Both the position numbers and the translations under genes were made by a program. This document shows, piece after piece, positions 1 through 11,105 of a stretch of 64,000 nt of DNA. The notes beneath the pieces are model-generated. The model saw nothing but the letters and a program-made list of their open reading frames with translations. It was not told the origin of the DNA and did no database searches. The stretch covers positions 62,001-126,000 of the forward strand of contig CDRNVI010000148.1 in the NCBI GenBank assembly GCA_977017575.1, given 5' to 3'. Each line of letters opens with the position of its first letter. Position 1 is the first letter of the stretch. This DNA is from Paramoeba atlantica. Its lineage: Eukaryota; Protista; Discosea.

Positions 1-3000
1 AGAGAGAGAAGAAGAAGAGAGAAGGGGGAGAGAGAGGAGGGAAGAAAGTTCTTGGGTGTTCTGTTGAGAGGGGGGAGTTCGAGAATGAGAGGTCTGTTAG
101 TCCTAAGAAAGTGAGAAATAAGGTTTTTCCTCTCTCTCTCTTCTCTCTCTCACTCCTTTCTTTTCTCTTTTTCTTCCTCTCCTTTCTCTCTCTCTTTCTC
201 TCTTCTTCTTCTCTTTCTGATCTTCTCTTTCAATGTAGATTTCAAGAGCGATTACAAAACAATTTACACAATCTTCTGGAAGTCAAGATGGTAAAATTTT
301 GATGATTTGATTTATTTATTTATTTATTTTTGATGATATTTTGATTATTATTTTTAATTTTATTTGATTCTTTTTCATTTATTTTTTCTAATATTAAATT
401 CTGAAGTAGTTTTGCTGCCTCGAAAAATGGCCAAAAATGAACTGGTTTTTTTTTCTTTATCTTTTTTTTTCTTTTCTCCTCTTTTTCTCTTTTTTGGAAT
501 TCCTGATTTTTCATTTTTTTTTCAAGGATGATTTATCTTCTCAAAAAGAATTTGGTTTGGAAAAAAAACTTTCTTTTCTCTTTCTTTTTCATTTCTCACG
601 TTTTTTCTTTTTCCCTCCTTTCCCCTTCCTCTTCTTCTCTCTTCCCTCCCTCTCTCCTCTCTTCCCCCCCTCTCTCTTCAAAACAAACAAAACAAAAAAA
701 AATTATAGAATCATTATCAGAACTTGTATTAACATTAACAGACGACCAATTATTTGACTTAAAATTTCGTTATGCTGCATTTTTGACTTTGTCTACTTAT
801 ACAACTCCTCTGGAAATGCTTGAACATCTCAGGTTTTCTTTTCTCTCTCTCTTCTTCTCTCTCTTTTCTCTTTCTTGTCTCTCTCTCCCTTCTCTTCTCT
901 TATTTCCTTGATCTCTTTTTCTGTTTTTCAAAAATGAAACTTTTACAATTTCACTGGAAATGCTTGAACACCTCAGGTTTTCTTTTCTCTCTTCTCCTCT
1001 CTCTTCTCCTTCTCTTCCTGTCTCTTTCTTTCTTCTCTCCTTTTCCTCCTTTCAACAATGGATTCTTTTTTGGCTTTATTTTCTTTTCTGGTCTCTCTCT
1101 TTCTCTCTTCTTCTTCTCTCTTTTTCTCTCTTTTGTTCTCTTTTCTAACCTATCTTTAGGGTTCGGTATTTAGCCCTGGATGGCGAACCTGCAAAAGTGG
1201 TTCTTTTTTCTCTCTCTTTTTCTCTCTCTCCTCTCTTCCTCCCATTCTCTTTTCTCTCTCTATCTCTTTTCTTTCCCCCATCTCCTTCTATTCTCCCTCT
1301 TTTTCTTGCTTTTTCATTTCTCCCTCTCCCTTTTCTCCCTCTCTTATTAAAAGTAATTTAAAAAAAACAAAAAAAAAACAGAAAGTGAAAAGATTGCGTC
1401 TGGTTTCAGTGGTCAAATTTTGGATCGATGTTCAAATTCAGGATCTTCTTTCTTCTCCAGAAGTTACTTCTGCTCTCTTCTCTTTATTGGATGGTTTGTC
1501 TTTGTTTTCCCTCTCTTTTCTTCCTCTCTTTTCTCTCTTTTTCTCTTTTCTTTCTTTTTTGTCCTGTTTTTCATATTTTTCCTCTTCTCTTTCTCTCTCT
1601 CTCTCTCTCTCCTCTCTTCCCTTTCTTTCTTTTTAGAGATTAGTGAACAACTTGGAGATTCAGGGAAATCACTTCAAAAGCTCTTCGAAACAAGATCTGC
1701 TTCTTTTGTAGAGAAGAGAGAAGAGTTAAAGAAAAGAAAGAAAGAGAGGAGGGAGAGGGTTGAATCTGGAGATTATTTGGATTTTTCGGTTTGTGAAAGA
1801 GAAAAGGGTGAGATAAAAGAAAAGAAGAGAAGAGAAGGGAAGGGAAAGGATGGGAGAAAAGAAAAGAAGAGAAGAGAAGAGAAGTAGTGAAGAAAAAATA
1901 TTGATTTAATTTCTTTTTTAGTGGGATAAAATTTCTGAATTTCAATTTGCTCTTTCGTTTACAAATTATGAATTTGAGGTCTCTTATTCTCTCTTATTCT
2001 CTCTTTTCTTTTCTCTCTCTTTTCTCCCGTTTTTCTTTTCTTTTCTCTTTTCCCTTCCTCTTCTCTCTCTTTTCTCTCTCTTATTCCCTTTTCATTCAGC
2101 TCTTCGAAACTTTAAATTCACACGAATTATTGTCTTGGAACACAAAAGAAAAAAACAAAAAATGTTTAAATATTTCGAATATGATTGGTTTATCAAATCA
2201 TTTATCTGCTTGGTTTTTTTCTTTTTTCTTCTTTTTTCTTTTTCTTTTTCTTTTTCTTTTTTCTCTCTCGTTTTTCTTTCTTTTTCTCTTCTCTTTTATT
2301 TTTTCTCACTTTCCTCATTACCAAACATTCATTTCATCTTTCTCTCTTTCTTTCTCCTGTATCTTTACTTTCTAGGGTGACGACAGAGTTAACCAAAAAA
2401 GTTCGATTAACAGAACGAATTCGTCTTCTAGAAGTATTTTTAAATATTTGTGAGGAATTTTTTGATTTAAACAATTTTTCTGGGTTTTTTCTTTTTTTCT
2501 CTTCTCTCTCTCTCTCTCTTTCCTTCACTTTCTCCTCCTTTTCTGATGGGATTTCTCTCTCTTGTTTCTTTCTCTGTTTTTAGAGCCATGGCAATTATTG
2601 CTGGTTTGAATAACGCTGCTTCTCGAAGAATGAAAAAGGTTTCTTCCAAAAAAAGAAGAGAAAGAGAAAGGGAAGAGAGAGATATTTAACAACAAAAAAG
2701 AAAATGAAGAAGAGAGAGAAAGAGAAGAGAAGAAAAAAGAGACAAATTTTTTTTCTAAACAAAAAAAATTAGACTTGGGCAGGAATTGATCCAAATTTGG
2801 CTGCAAAATTTAACAAAATTGAAGAGATTATGTCTCCTGATTGTGGATATGAAAAATATCGAAATCATATTTTGGTAATTTGTTTTTGTGATTCTTAAAT
2901 TTATTATTTGTGAATTTTGGAATGTTTTAAAAAAAGAATTATTATTAAAAAATAATTTTACTTTTCTGATCTCTTTTCCTTCTCTTCCGTAGAAATGTGT

Positions 3001-3823
3001 TCCGCCATGTTTACCATATTTGGGGATTTACTTGACAGATTTGACCTTTTTGGATGAAAGTAATAAAGACACAAAAAGTGGCGCCATTAATTTTCAGAAG
3101 AGATTATTGGTATTAATTTTCGCTCTTTTCCCCTCTCTTTCTTTTCTTTCTTTTCTTTCTTTTCTTTCTCTCTCCTTTCTTTTCTTTCTTTTTCTTTCTT
3201 TTTCTTTCTTTTCCCTTCTTTCTTCTCATTCTTTTTTCATTTAGATGTCAACAACATTACAAATGGTGAGATTGTATCAATCCGTCGATTACACTGAAAA
3301 ATATCCCCCTCCAAAAGTTCTTTCTCTCTTTCCTCTCTCTCTCTCTTTTCGATTTCTTTGTTGTGGAAAAGATTTTTAATTTGACTTTTTTTCAGTTTGA
3401 TTATGTGTTGCCTTTTTTATCTTCTCAGCCACTCCATGAAGACGAGGTTCTCTTTTTTCTCCTTTTCTTTTCTGTTTTATATTTAGCCCTCTTCTTTCTT
3501 TCTTTCTCTCCTTTCTTTTCTAATTCTTTCTATCAGTGTTACATCAAGTCACAAATTATCGAACCAAAAGACCCAGAAGAGGGAACGGGTGCTCTTTTAC
3601 AATATCTCTCCCAAGAAAGATCATTGGTCAAAGAAATGATAAAAGAAGAGAGAGAAAATGAGAAGGAGAGGGAGAAAGAGAGGGAGGAGATGTGGCAAGG
3701 AATGAAAGAAGAGATTGAACAATTAAAGGTTCGTTTTTTGTTTTGTTTTTTTTGAGATTTTTTTCTCTTGCTAATTTTTTGAAATAGACTCTTGTAAAAT
3801 CTCAGAGCGATCCACAAAAATAA
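1..3823 (+). CDS. Ras guanine nucleotide exchange factor (REM + CDC25 domains), multi-exon, 5' end outside window
   Basis: Hand-spliced exons: DLKFRYAAFLTLSTYTTPLEMLEHLR (REM), RLVSVVKFWIDVQIQD, NISNMIGLSNHLSAW, VTTELTKKVRLTERIRLLEVFLNICEEFFDLNNFSG, AMAIIAGLNNAASRRMKK, PPCLPYLGIYLTDLTFLDESN..INFQKR (CDC25 signature). Last exon TLVKSQSDPQK-TAA at 3788-3823. Confidence 0.92.
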
Positions 3824-4012
3824 AATTTGAAAATAACGATTTAAAAAATAAACAAATGGAAAAGACGTGACACCAAAATTTTTGACAGAAATGACAAGTG
3901 AAAAAGGCTCGAAAAATTTTGATGGAAACTGAAATTTATTGAATGTTTTGTTGATTTTAGTAATTTGATTTTAATAAAATATCTCTTCCAAATAGATTTG
4001 AATTCTTTTGCT

Positions 4013-7000
4013 TCAATGATGGCACTGTTTGATTGAAATTGGGGATGGTCTTTCTTCTGATCCAATGTCCCAATAACAACTGCCAAAAATTTTGGATGAG
4101 GGAAAAATAATAGAATGAGAGAGAGAAAAAGAAGAAGAAAACCTCGAAGGGAATGGGGGATCTTCTCCAATATCTCGATTTGGTGCTGTTGCACCAATTC
4201 CACGAGAGAGAAGAAGACAACGAAAATTTCTCATTCTCATCCTTGCCTGAAACAAAAAAAAGATTTTTAAAAAGAAAGTTTTTACAAAAATGAAAACCCA
4301 ATTTCCCAAAAATTCAAACTTTTTTCAAAAAGATTTGTTTGCATAATTTTACCACAAAATAAAATCAAAAAGAAAGAGAAGAAGAAAGAAGAAGAAAATC
4401 AACAAAACAAGAAAACCTGGAGCATATTATTAGCGGTAGATCCATGGCTCCACAATCTCTCCGCCACAGCCGCAGCAGCAGGCCAAACAACAGCATCAAA
4501 ATTGGCATCATCCACTCTTTCTGACCACAAACATGTTTCTCCTGTTTTGGTTTTTATTTTATTTTATTTTTATTTTATTTTATTTTATTTTATTTTTATT
4601 TTATTTGTGTGTGTTATTTTTCTTTCTCTTTTTGTCTTTTTTCCTCTTTTTTTTTTTCTCAGTTTTTGAAAAGAAATGTTTTTGTTATTACCTCCAATAT
4701 AGCGATCTTCATTTTTTGGGGGAAATTTTCCTAAGAAAAAAATATGAGAAAAAAGAAACAGAAAAAAAGAAAAAGAAAAAGAAAAAAGGACCTCCGATTT
4801 GATGTTGAAAATATGTTTCCCAACCACGTCGATGGTCAAGATAATATCCTTGAGACCACAGCACATTATACCCATCAGCTAACAAATTTAGCAAATGAGT
4901 CAAAATGAAATAAATAAATAAAATAAAATAAAATAAATAAAATGAAATAAATAAAATGAAATCAATAAAATAAAATAAATAAAATGAAATCAATAAAATA
5001 AAAGAAATAAAATAAAATAAATAAAGGGAGGTGGCAAAAACCTGCTGCTTTTTCTGCAACTCTCGAATTTAACCATCCATGAACAATAACATTTTGTGGT
5101 AAAGATTTTCTAAAAGAATAAAAAGGAAAATGAATTTTAATTAAAGTTTTCAAGGATCAAATTAAATAATAAAGAATAAAGAAAGAAAGAAGGAAAAAAG
5201 AAAAAAGAAAAAAAGAAAAAAAGAAAAAAAAGAAAAAGAAAAAAAAAAAAAAAAAAAAAAAAAAGAAATAAAAAAAAAAGAAATAAAAGAAATAAAAGAA
5301 AAAAAAAAGAAATCTCAAAAAAAAAAAAAAGAAAAAACTCAACTGAAAAACACCATAAACTTCTTCCCAAGAAACAGGAGTTTGTCCCAATTCCTTCGCA
5401 AATTCATACTGCCTCATCAAAAACCATCGAAATACCTTTTTTTAATAGCAAATTATTAATTATTTAATTATTTATTAATTTATTTAAAAGATCTAAGATA
5501 AAATCATCAAAAATCAAAAATAACAAAAAAAACAACAAAAATAAAAATAAAAATAAAAATCAAAAAAAAAACCTCCTTCGTAGAAGAAAAATGTTCTTTT
5601 TTCATCCAATCTAAAATAGCAGGCGTCTCCCAACACTTGTATGTAATTTCATCTCCTTTAAAACAACATCAAAAAAATTTCCTTTTATCTCTCTCTTTTT
5701 TCTTTTCTCTTCTCTCTTTCTCTCTTTCTCTCTTCTCTCTTTCATCTCTCTCTTTTCTCTTCTCTCTCTTCTCATTTTTAGAAAAAAAATCAAACCTCCG
5801 GTATGTAATAAACCCATAGAATCTTTTGCAAACTTTTTCATTTTATAAGAATAATCAAAATCGTTGCTTTTCTCTTCTCTTTCATTTTGAAGAATTGCCA
5901 AAATTCGATAAATTTCTTTCACAGTTTGAAATGTTTGGTTTTTACTGGAGAGCCAGAAAGAAAGAGAAAGAGAGAAAGAGTGAGAAAGAGAATGATCGAT
6001 TTCATCAAAAAAACAAATTCCAAAAAAAAAGGAAAGAAAAAGAAAAAGAAAAAAGAAAAAAGAAAAAAGAAAAAAGAAAAACCTGGGATCAAGAGGGATA
6101 TTACAATCACCACTGGAAAGAGGAGGACAAAGAGTGTATTTACTTTCGCAATGTTCTTTCCAATTTTTTGGGAGAAGTTCTTCTTCTCCAATCCCCCACG
6201 CTCTTTTTTTGAATTGTTTAAAAAATCATTAATTTGTTTTTTATCGGGGAAGAGAGAGAGAGAGGGGGAAGAGAAGGAAGAGAGGGGGAAAAGATAAGAA
6301 CAAGAGAGAGAAAAAGGATAAAAGAGAGAGAGAAAAAGAGAAAAAGAAAAAAGAAAGAAAAAAAAAGAGAAAAAAAGTTAGTTGACTGCGATGGGACTTG
6401 AACCCACAACCTTCGGCACCGTAGACCGACACTCTACCAATTGAGCCACGCAGTCATTTGTTGATGTGGGAGGGAAAAAAGGAAGAGAGAAGAGAAAAAG
6501 AAAGAGAGAGAGAGAAAAAAGAAAAATGGTGGGAAAAAAAAATGAATTTGATTGACTACGATGGGACTTGAACCCACAACCTTCGGCACCGTAGACCGAC
6601 ACTCTACCAATTGAGCCACGCAGTCATTTGTTGATGTGGGAGGAAAAAAAGGAAGAGAGAAGAGAAAGAGAAAAGAGAAGAACCTGGCATGGGAAGGAGC
6701 ATCAGCTTCAAAATAGACGCGAATTCCTCTTTTCTGAGCGTATGAAATAATTTCTCTGACATCTCGAACTCCATATGTTTCTCTTTGTGACCAGGCTATC
6801 CAGAAAGAGAAAAGAATAAGCCAATTGGAAAAAGAAAGAGAGAAAGAAAAAGAAGAGTTGAGAAAGAGGGAAGGGAAAGAGAATTAGAAGAAAAAGAGAA
6901 GAGAAAGAGAAAGAGAAAGAGAAAAAAACCTCCTTGGATTAAACGAGGAAATTGTTTCAAATGGAGAGGAAAAGATTGACTATCTATTATGAAATATTAT

Positions 7001-9103
7001 TATTATTCAAAATCGCTTCTCTCCTTGTATTCTTCTTTCTTTCTCTCTCTCTCTCTTTAATACCTGTTATATGCCAATGAAGAACATTTAATTTTGAATA
7101 AGACATCGCATCAAGAAGTCTCTTGATTGTCACCAAATGGATGTAATGCCGAGAAGTATCCTGTGAGATGAAAGAAAGAAAAAAAAAAATCTCAAAAAAA
7201 ATACAAAAATAAATCAAGAAAAAATAATCTTATTTTAATAAATTAGAAACCAAAACAAAAATAATAAATCATAAAATAAAATAAAATAAAAAATATTTAA
7301 TCGTTTTTTGAAAACATTCTCTTCCTTGCAAGCAAACTTGACAGGAAGGTTCGAGTTTTGAAGTGAGAGGAAACCACTCTTGCCTAAAAATTTTTAATCA
7401 AAAAATATGTTCTATCTTATTTTTAATTAATTAATTAATTAATTAGTGGCTTGCTCTCCCTTCAAACCCCAAACCTTCCTCCTGAGGTCAAGTTTGAGTC
7501 TCTAAGTTCAGAAAAAAAAAATTGTTCTCTTTCAGAAATTTAGAAATGGTTGCCATTCCTTCCCAAAAAGAAGCCATTCGGGAAGACAGAGGCTCCATTC
7601 ACACTCACTCCTTTAATCAATGAAGGGTTCATTTGAATTTTTGGATGATTCCTCCATCCATTTTATATTATAATTTCAACTTCAATTCAGTTTTCAACTT
7701 CAACTTTTGATCTTTTACCACAATATTCCTCTAACCTTTTTTGAGTTCTGACGATCCATCGGTCCCCCCGGAATTCATTCACAGAGGTGAATGAACATCT
7801 CAATCCGAGATTTGATTTGGTTCATTTCACCACATCATCAGATTGGTGGGGGGTTTCGTTGCCATTCGAAGGAGGAATGTCAAGTGAGATTCCCACAATA
7901 TGCTCAGTGTGGTCCTTCTACCACTTGTCTAATGATATTGAAACAATAAAAACACAAAAATTAATACAATCCACATTTGAGGTATTTTTTAACTATCAAT
8001 TCGAAAACTTCTTCTTTTTTGAGAAGCTGAGAAATCTGAGTTTTTAGAGTCATCGATTAAGGGAAGGTGAACAGCAAATCTGGGATTCAATTAGCAATAG
8101 CTGCTCATTCTTTTGATAACATCGCTTGATCGCTTTTGTTTTTCATTGCTTTTCATATCATTCTCAAATTCTCAAATTCTTTATTGTTTACGAAAAGAAA
8201 AATGAACAGAAATAAAAAGTAAAAATAAAATAAAATAATCAATAAATAAACAGAAAAAAGAATAAGAAACAAACCAGATGAAAGCCACGATGTTTAAAAC
8301 GAGGAAAATCAGAAATCTCGAGAGGGATTGCTGGCAATACATATTGATCATTTGAGACATTGTACATCACCTTTTGAAAAGAAAGAAGAGTTTTTATTAA
8401 GAAGAAAATGGGAAAAAAAAATACAAAAAAAATACAAAAAAAATACAAAAAAAAATACAAAAAAAAAAGAAAGAAAAAGACAAAAGAAAAAATACATATT
8501 GAGAAAATGTTTCTAAACCACGAAGAGCCCCCCAAACAGTTTTGGAAGACAATTTGGCACGATATTTCTGTTGTTTGTTTTCTTTTTGGGGCAAAGAGAT
8601 TTCGTATGATTCGTCTACGTTGTGTGTTAGCTGTTCCGGTTTTGGAGTGTGAATGGAAGATGTTTTTTTTTTGGAGAAGAAGAGAGAAGAAATTTTTTTG
8701 TGGGGTTAGAGAAGGGGAAATTATTCTTTTTGAAAAGAATATAAAAGATAATAAAAGTGTCTGATTCAATAGGAATTTAGAGTAATATTAAAGATAATTA
8801 ATAATAAGAATAAGAATAATAATAATAATAATAAATTAAAAAAATTAAAAAAACCTCTTCAAGTTCTGATTCAATAGTAATTTGAAGAGCGCCAAGGATC
8901 ATATTTTCGGAATGAGAAAAAGTGTGATCTTTTATTACTCGAGAAAGAACATCCTCTTGATTTTTTTTTAGTATTGGAATGAGAGAGAGAGAGAAGAAAG
9001 AGAAAGAGAGGGGGGAAAAGAGAAAGGAGAGAGAGAAAAAAAAAGAAAAAGAAACCAAAAATATTTTCAGGAGGAGAAATAGGATGAGAACAAGAAAGAC
9101 CAT
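4013..9103 (-). CDS. Beta-N-acetylhexosaminidase (glycoside hydrolase family 20), ~16 exons, with putative signal peptide
   Basis: Exons give VDESY..., [68 protein letters not shown] (catalytic D-E), [38 protein letters not shown]. The start ATG at 9103 ([12 protein letters not shown]) is less certain than the core. Confidence 0.93.
6383..6455 (-). tRNA. tRNA-Arg(ACG): tRNA-Arg, anticodon ACG (copy 1), inside a hexosaminidase intron
   Basis: Minus strand GACTGCG-TG-GCTC-AATTGGTA-GAGT-G-TCGGT-CTACGGT-GCCGA-AGGTT-GTGGG-TTCAAGT-CCCAT-CGCAGTC-A folds to a full cloverleaf. A/B boxes are present and an oligo-T terminator follows. Confidence 0.95.
6553..6625 (-). tRNA. tRNA-Arg(ACG): tRNA-Arg, anticodon ACG (copy 2), inside the same intron
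   Basis: Identical to copy 1 except one acceptor-stem change (C to T, giving a G-U pair). It shares the 5' flank, so the pair is a 170-bp tandem duplication. Confidence 0.95.
7447..8116 (+). CDS. Possible nested antisense gene or gene relic of unknown function in a hexosaminidase intron (start codon not found)
   Basis: Five segments (7447-7486, 7544-7626, 7746-7786, 7842-7981, 8048-8116) join in frame at GT-AG junctions: [83 protein letters not shown]...[26 protein letters not shown]-stop. Composition is coding-like, unlike other introns. Confidence 0.4.
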
Positions 9104-11105
9104 GAGAAAAGATGAGTTTGTGATAACGTTCTATTCCTTCTTTTATGATTTTTGAAGTTGATTTTGTGTATATTTGAAAACATGGATGTAACTAACAAAG
9201 AGAGGAGAGAGAGAGAGAGAGAAGAGAAGAGAGAGAGAAAAGACAGGAGAAAAGAGAAAGAGAAAGAGAGAAAAAGAGAAAAGTCGGTATTATCTCAATA
9301 AACTTTTTGATGAATCACTCTCTTTCTCTCTCCTTTCTCTTCTTCTTCTTCTTCTTCTCACTCTTCTCAACCAAATAATAATAAAACAATACCACAAAAC
9401 CACAAGTTTGTTGAGATAAAGTTTGGGGAAGTGGCCAAACAGAGAGAGAAGAAGAAGAAGGAAACAATTCTTTTGTGTTCTTTTCTCCAAATCGATCAAT
9501 CTTTTCAAAACCTTTTCTTTTTCTTTTAGTTGAAGGAGAGAACAGAAAGAAAGAGAAGAGAAACAGAAAGAAAGAAGAGAAACAGAAACAAAAGAAAGAG
9601 AAGAAAAACTTTTCAAAACCTTTTCTTTTCTTTTAATAGAGAAAAACAAAGAAAGAAGAGAGAGTGGGAAAAGAGAGAGGGAAGAGGAAGAGAAAAGAGA
9701 AAGAAAGAGAGAAAAGAAAAAAGAAAAAAAACCTGGTTCTCTTTCCTTTCTCTCCTTTCTTCTCTCTTTCAACTTCTCCAAAGCAGAAACTCTCAAATCT
9801 TTCTTCAAATCAATTTTCTCTCTTCCTTCCAACAATCTTTCTTTCTTTCCATTACAAAATACAACAAAAAGAAAAAGAAAAAGAAAAAGAAAGAAGACAA
9901 TTTCAAAACTTCTTCTTTTTACCATTCCAAAAAGAACACAAAAAAAACCGAAAAAAGTCTTTTCTCTTTCTTTCTCTTTTCTCTCTTACTCTTTTTGGTT
10001 CATTGGAGTTGAGAAAGATTTTTTCAGTTTTTTTTGATTTTGTTTTCTGAAAAAAAAAAAAAAGAGAAAAACAACAAAATCCAAAAATTAATTGAAACCA
10101 AAAAGTCAGAAACCAAAAAATGATTTATTACCACCCTCCCTCTCTGAAAACCAAGCAAGAAACTAATACATTTTGAACCAATCATGCTCTTCTTCTTGAA
10201 ATTACCGAACAAGAGGGATTCTTTTCTGATCCGTTTTCCCTTTTTCTTTTTCTTCCCTTGATCCAATCTCTCTGAGATTTTGTGTTTTTTTTGTGTTTTT
10301 CTCAAAAAATGAAACACACTCCAACAAACCTTTTCTAAAAAAAACCAATTAAGAAACAAAATATTGGGCCATTGCTCTTTCTTGATCGAGATGGATTTCC
10401 TTTCTGATTCCATTTTTTGGGATTGGCCCCCAATCTCTTTCTTCTTTTGAAATCTCAAAACAAGACACAAAACCTTTTTCTTTTTCTGAAACCCAATGAA
10501 GAGAGAAGAGAGAGAGAGACCATCCACCATCTTTCTTTTTCATTGGCAACCTTAAAAACTGTTGCCCCTTTCTTCATGAAGCTAGTTGTTGATAAAAAAA
10601 ATGGTCGAAGAAGAAGAAGAAGAAGAAGAAATAAAAGGCAAGAATTTGAAACAAAGAAAACTGAAAAGAGAAAAAGAGAGAAACAATAACAGAAAACTGC
10701 GAGACAACGCTGTTTTTTTTCCTTTTTTCAAAGAGAGAAGGAGAGAGAAGGAAAGAGAGAAGAGAAAAGAAAGGAGAAAAAGAGAGAGAGAGAGAAGATC
10801 TTCTTCAAATCCACCAACAAAAACAAGATTGGTGTTGCTCGAAAAGAATCTTTCTCTTTCTCTTTTTGGTGATAACCAACAGAGAGAAATGAAAAAGAAT
10901 TTCAGTTCAATTTCAGTGAAAAAGGTTTTTGTTTCTTCTGTTAATTTTTGGTTTTGTTTCTTGTCGTTTTGTTCGTTTTTTGGTTTTGTTTCTTGTTCTT
11001 TTGTTAATTTTTGGTTTTGTTTCTTGGCGTTTTGTTAATTTTTGGTTTTTGTTTTTGTTTTATTTTTATTTTATTTTTGTTATTTTTTCTTTTTTTGTGA
11101 TATTT

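Noticed and set aside
4880-5340. (AAAAT)n and poly-A/AAAAAG tracts as telomeric or satellite repeats
   Set aside because: They lie within hexosaminidase introns and are simply the T-rich intron strand seen from the other side.
6378-6619. ORFs such as [19 protein letters not shown]
   Set aside because: These are translations of the tRNA genes.
7795-8095. Weak inverted similarity (AATCCGAGATTTG vs complement of CAAATCTGGGATT) suggesting a structured ncRNA
   Set aside because: Too short and mismatched to support a fold, and no snRNA, SRP or RNase P motifs were recognised.
10929-11105. Hydrophobic N-terminal extensions of the TRIM, array, SAM-PAS and beta-trefoil ORFs in the track
   Set aside because: They come from T/G-rich or A-rich leaders with alternative start codons. 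Paralog comparison or sequence context puts the true ATG downstream.
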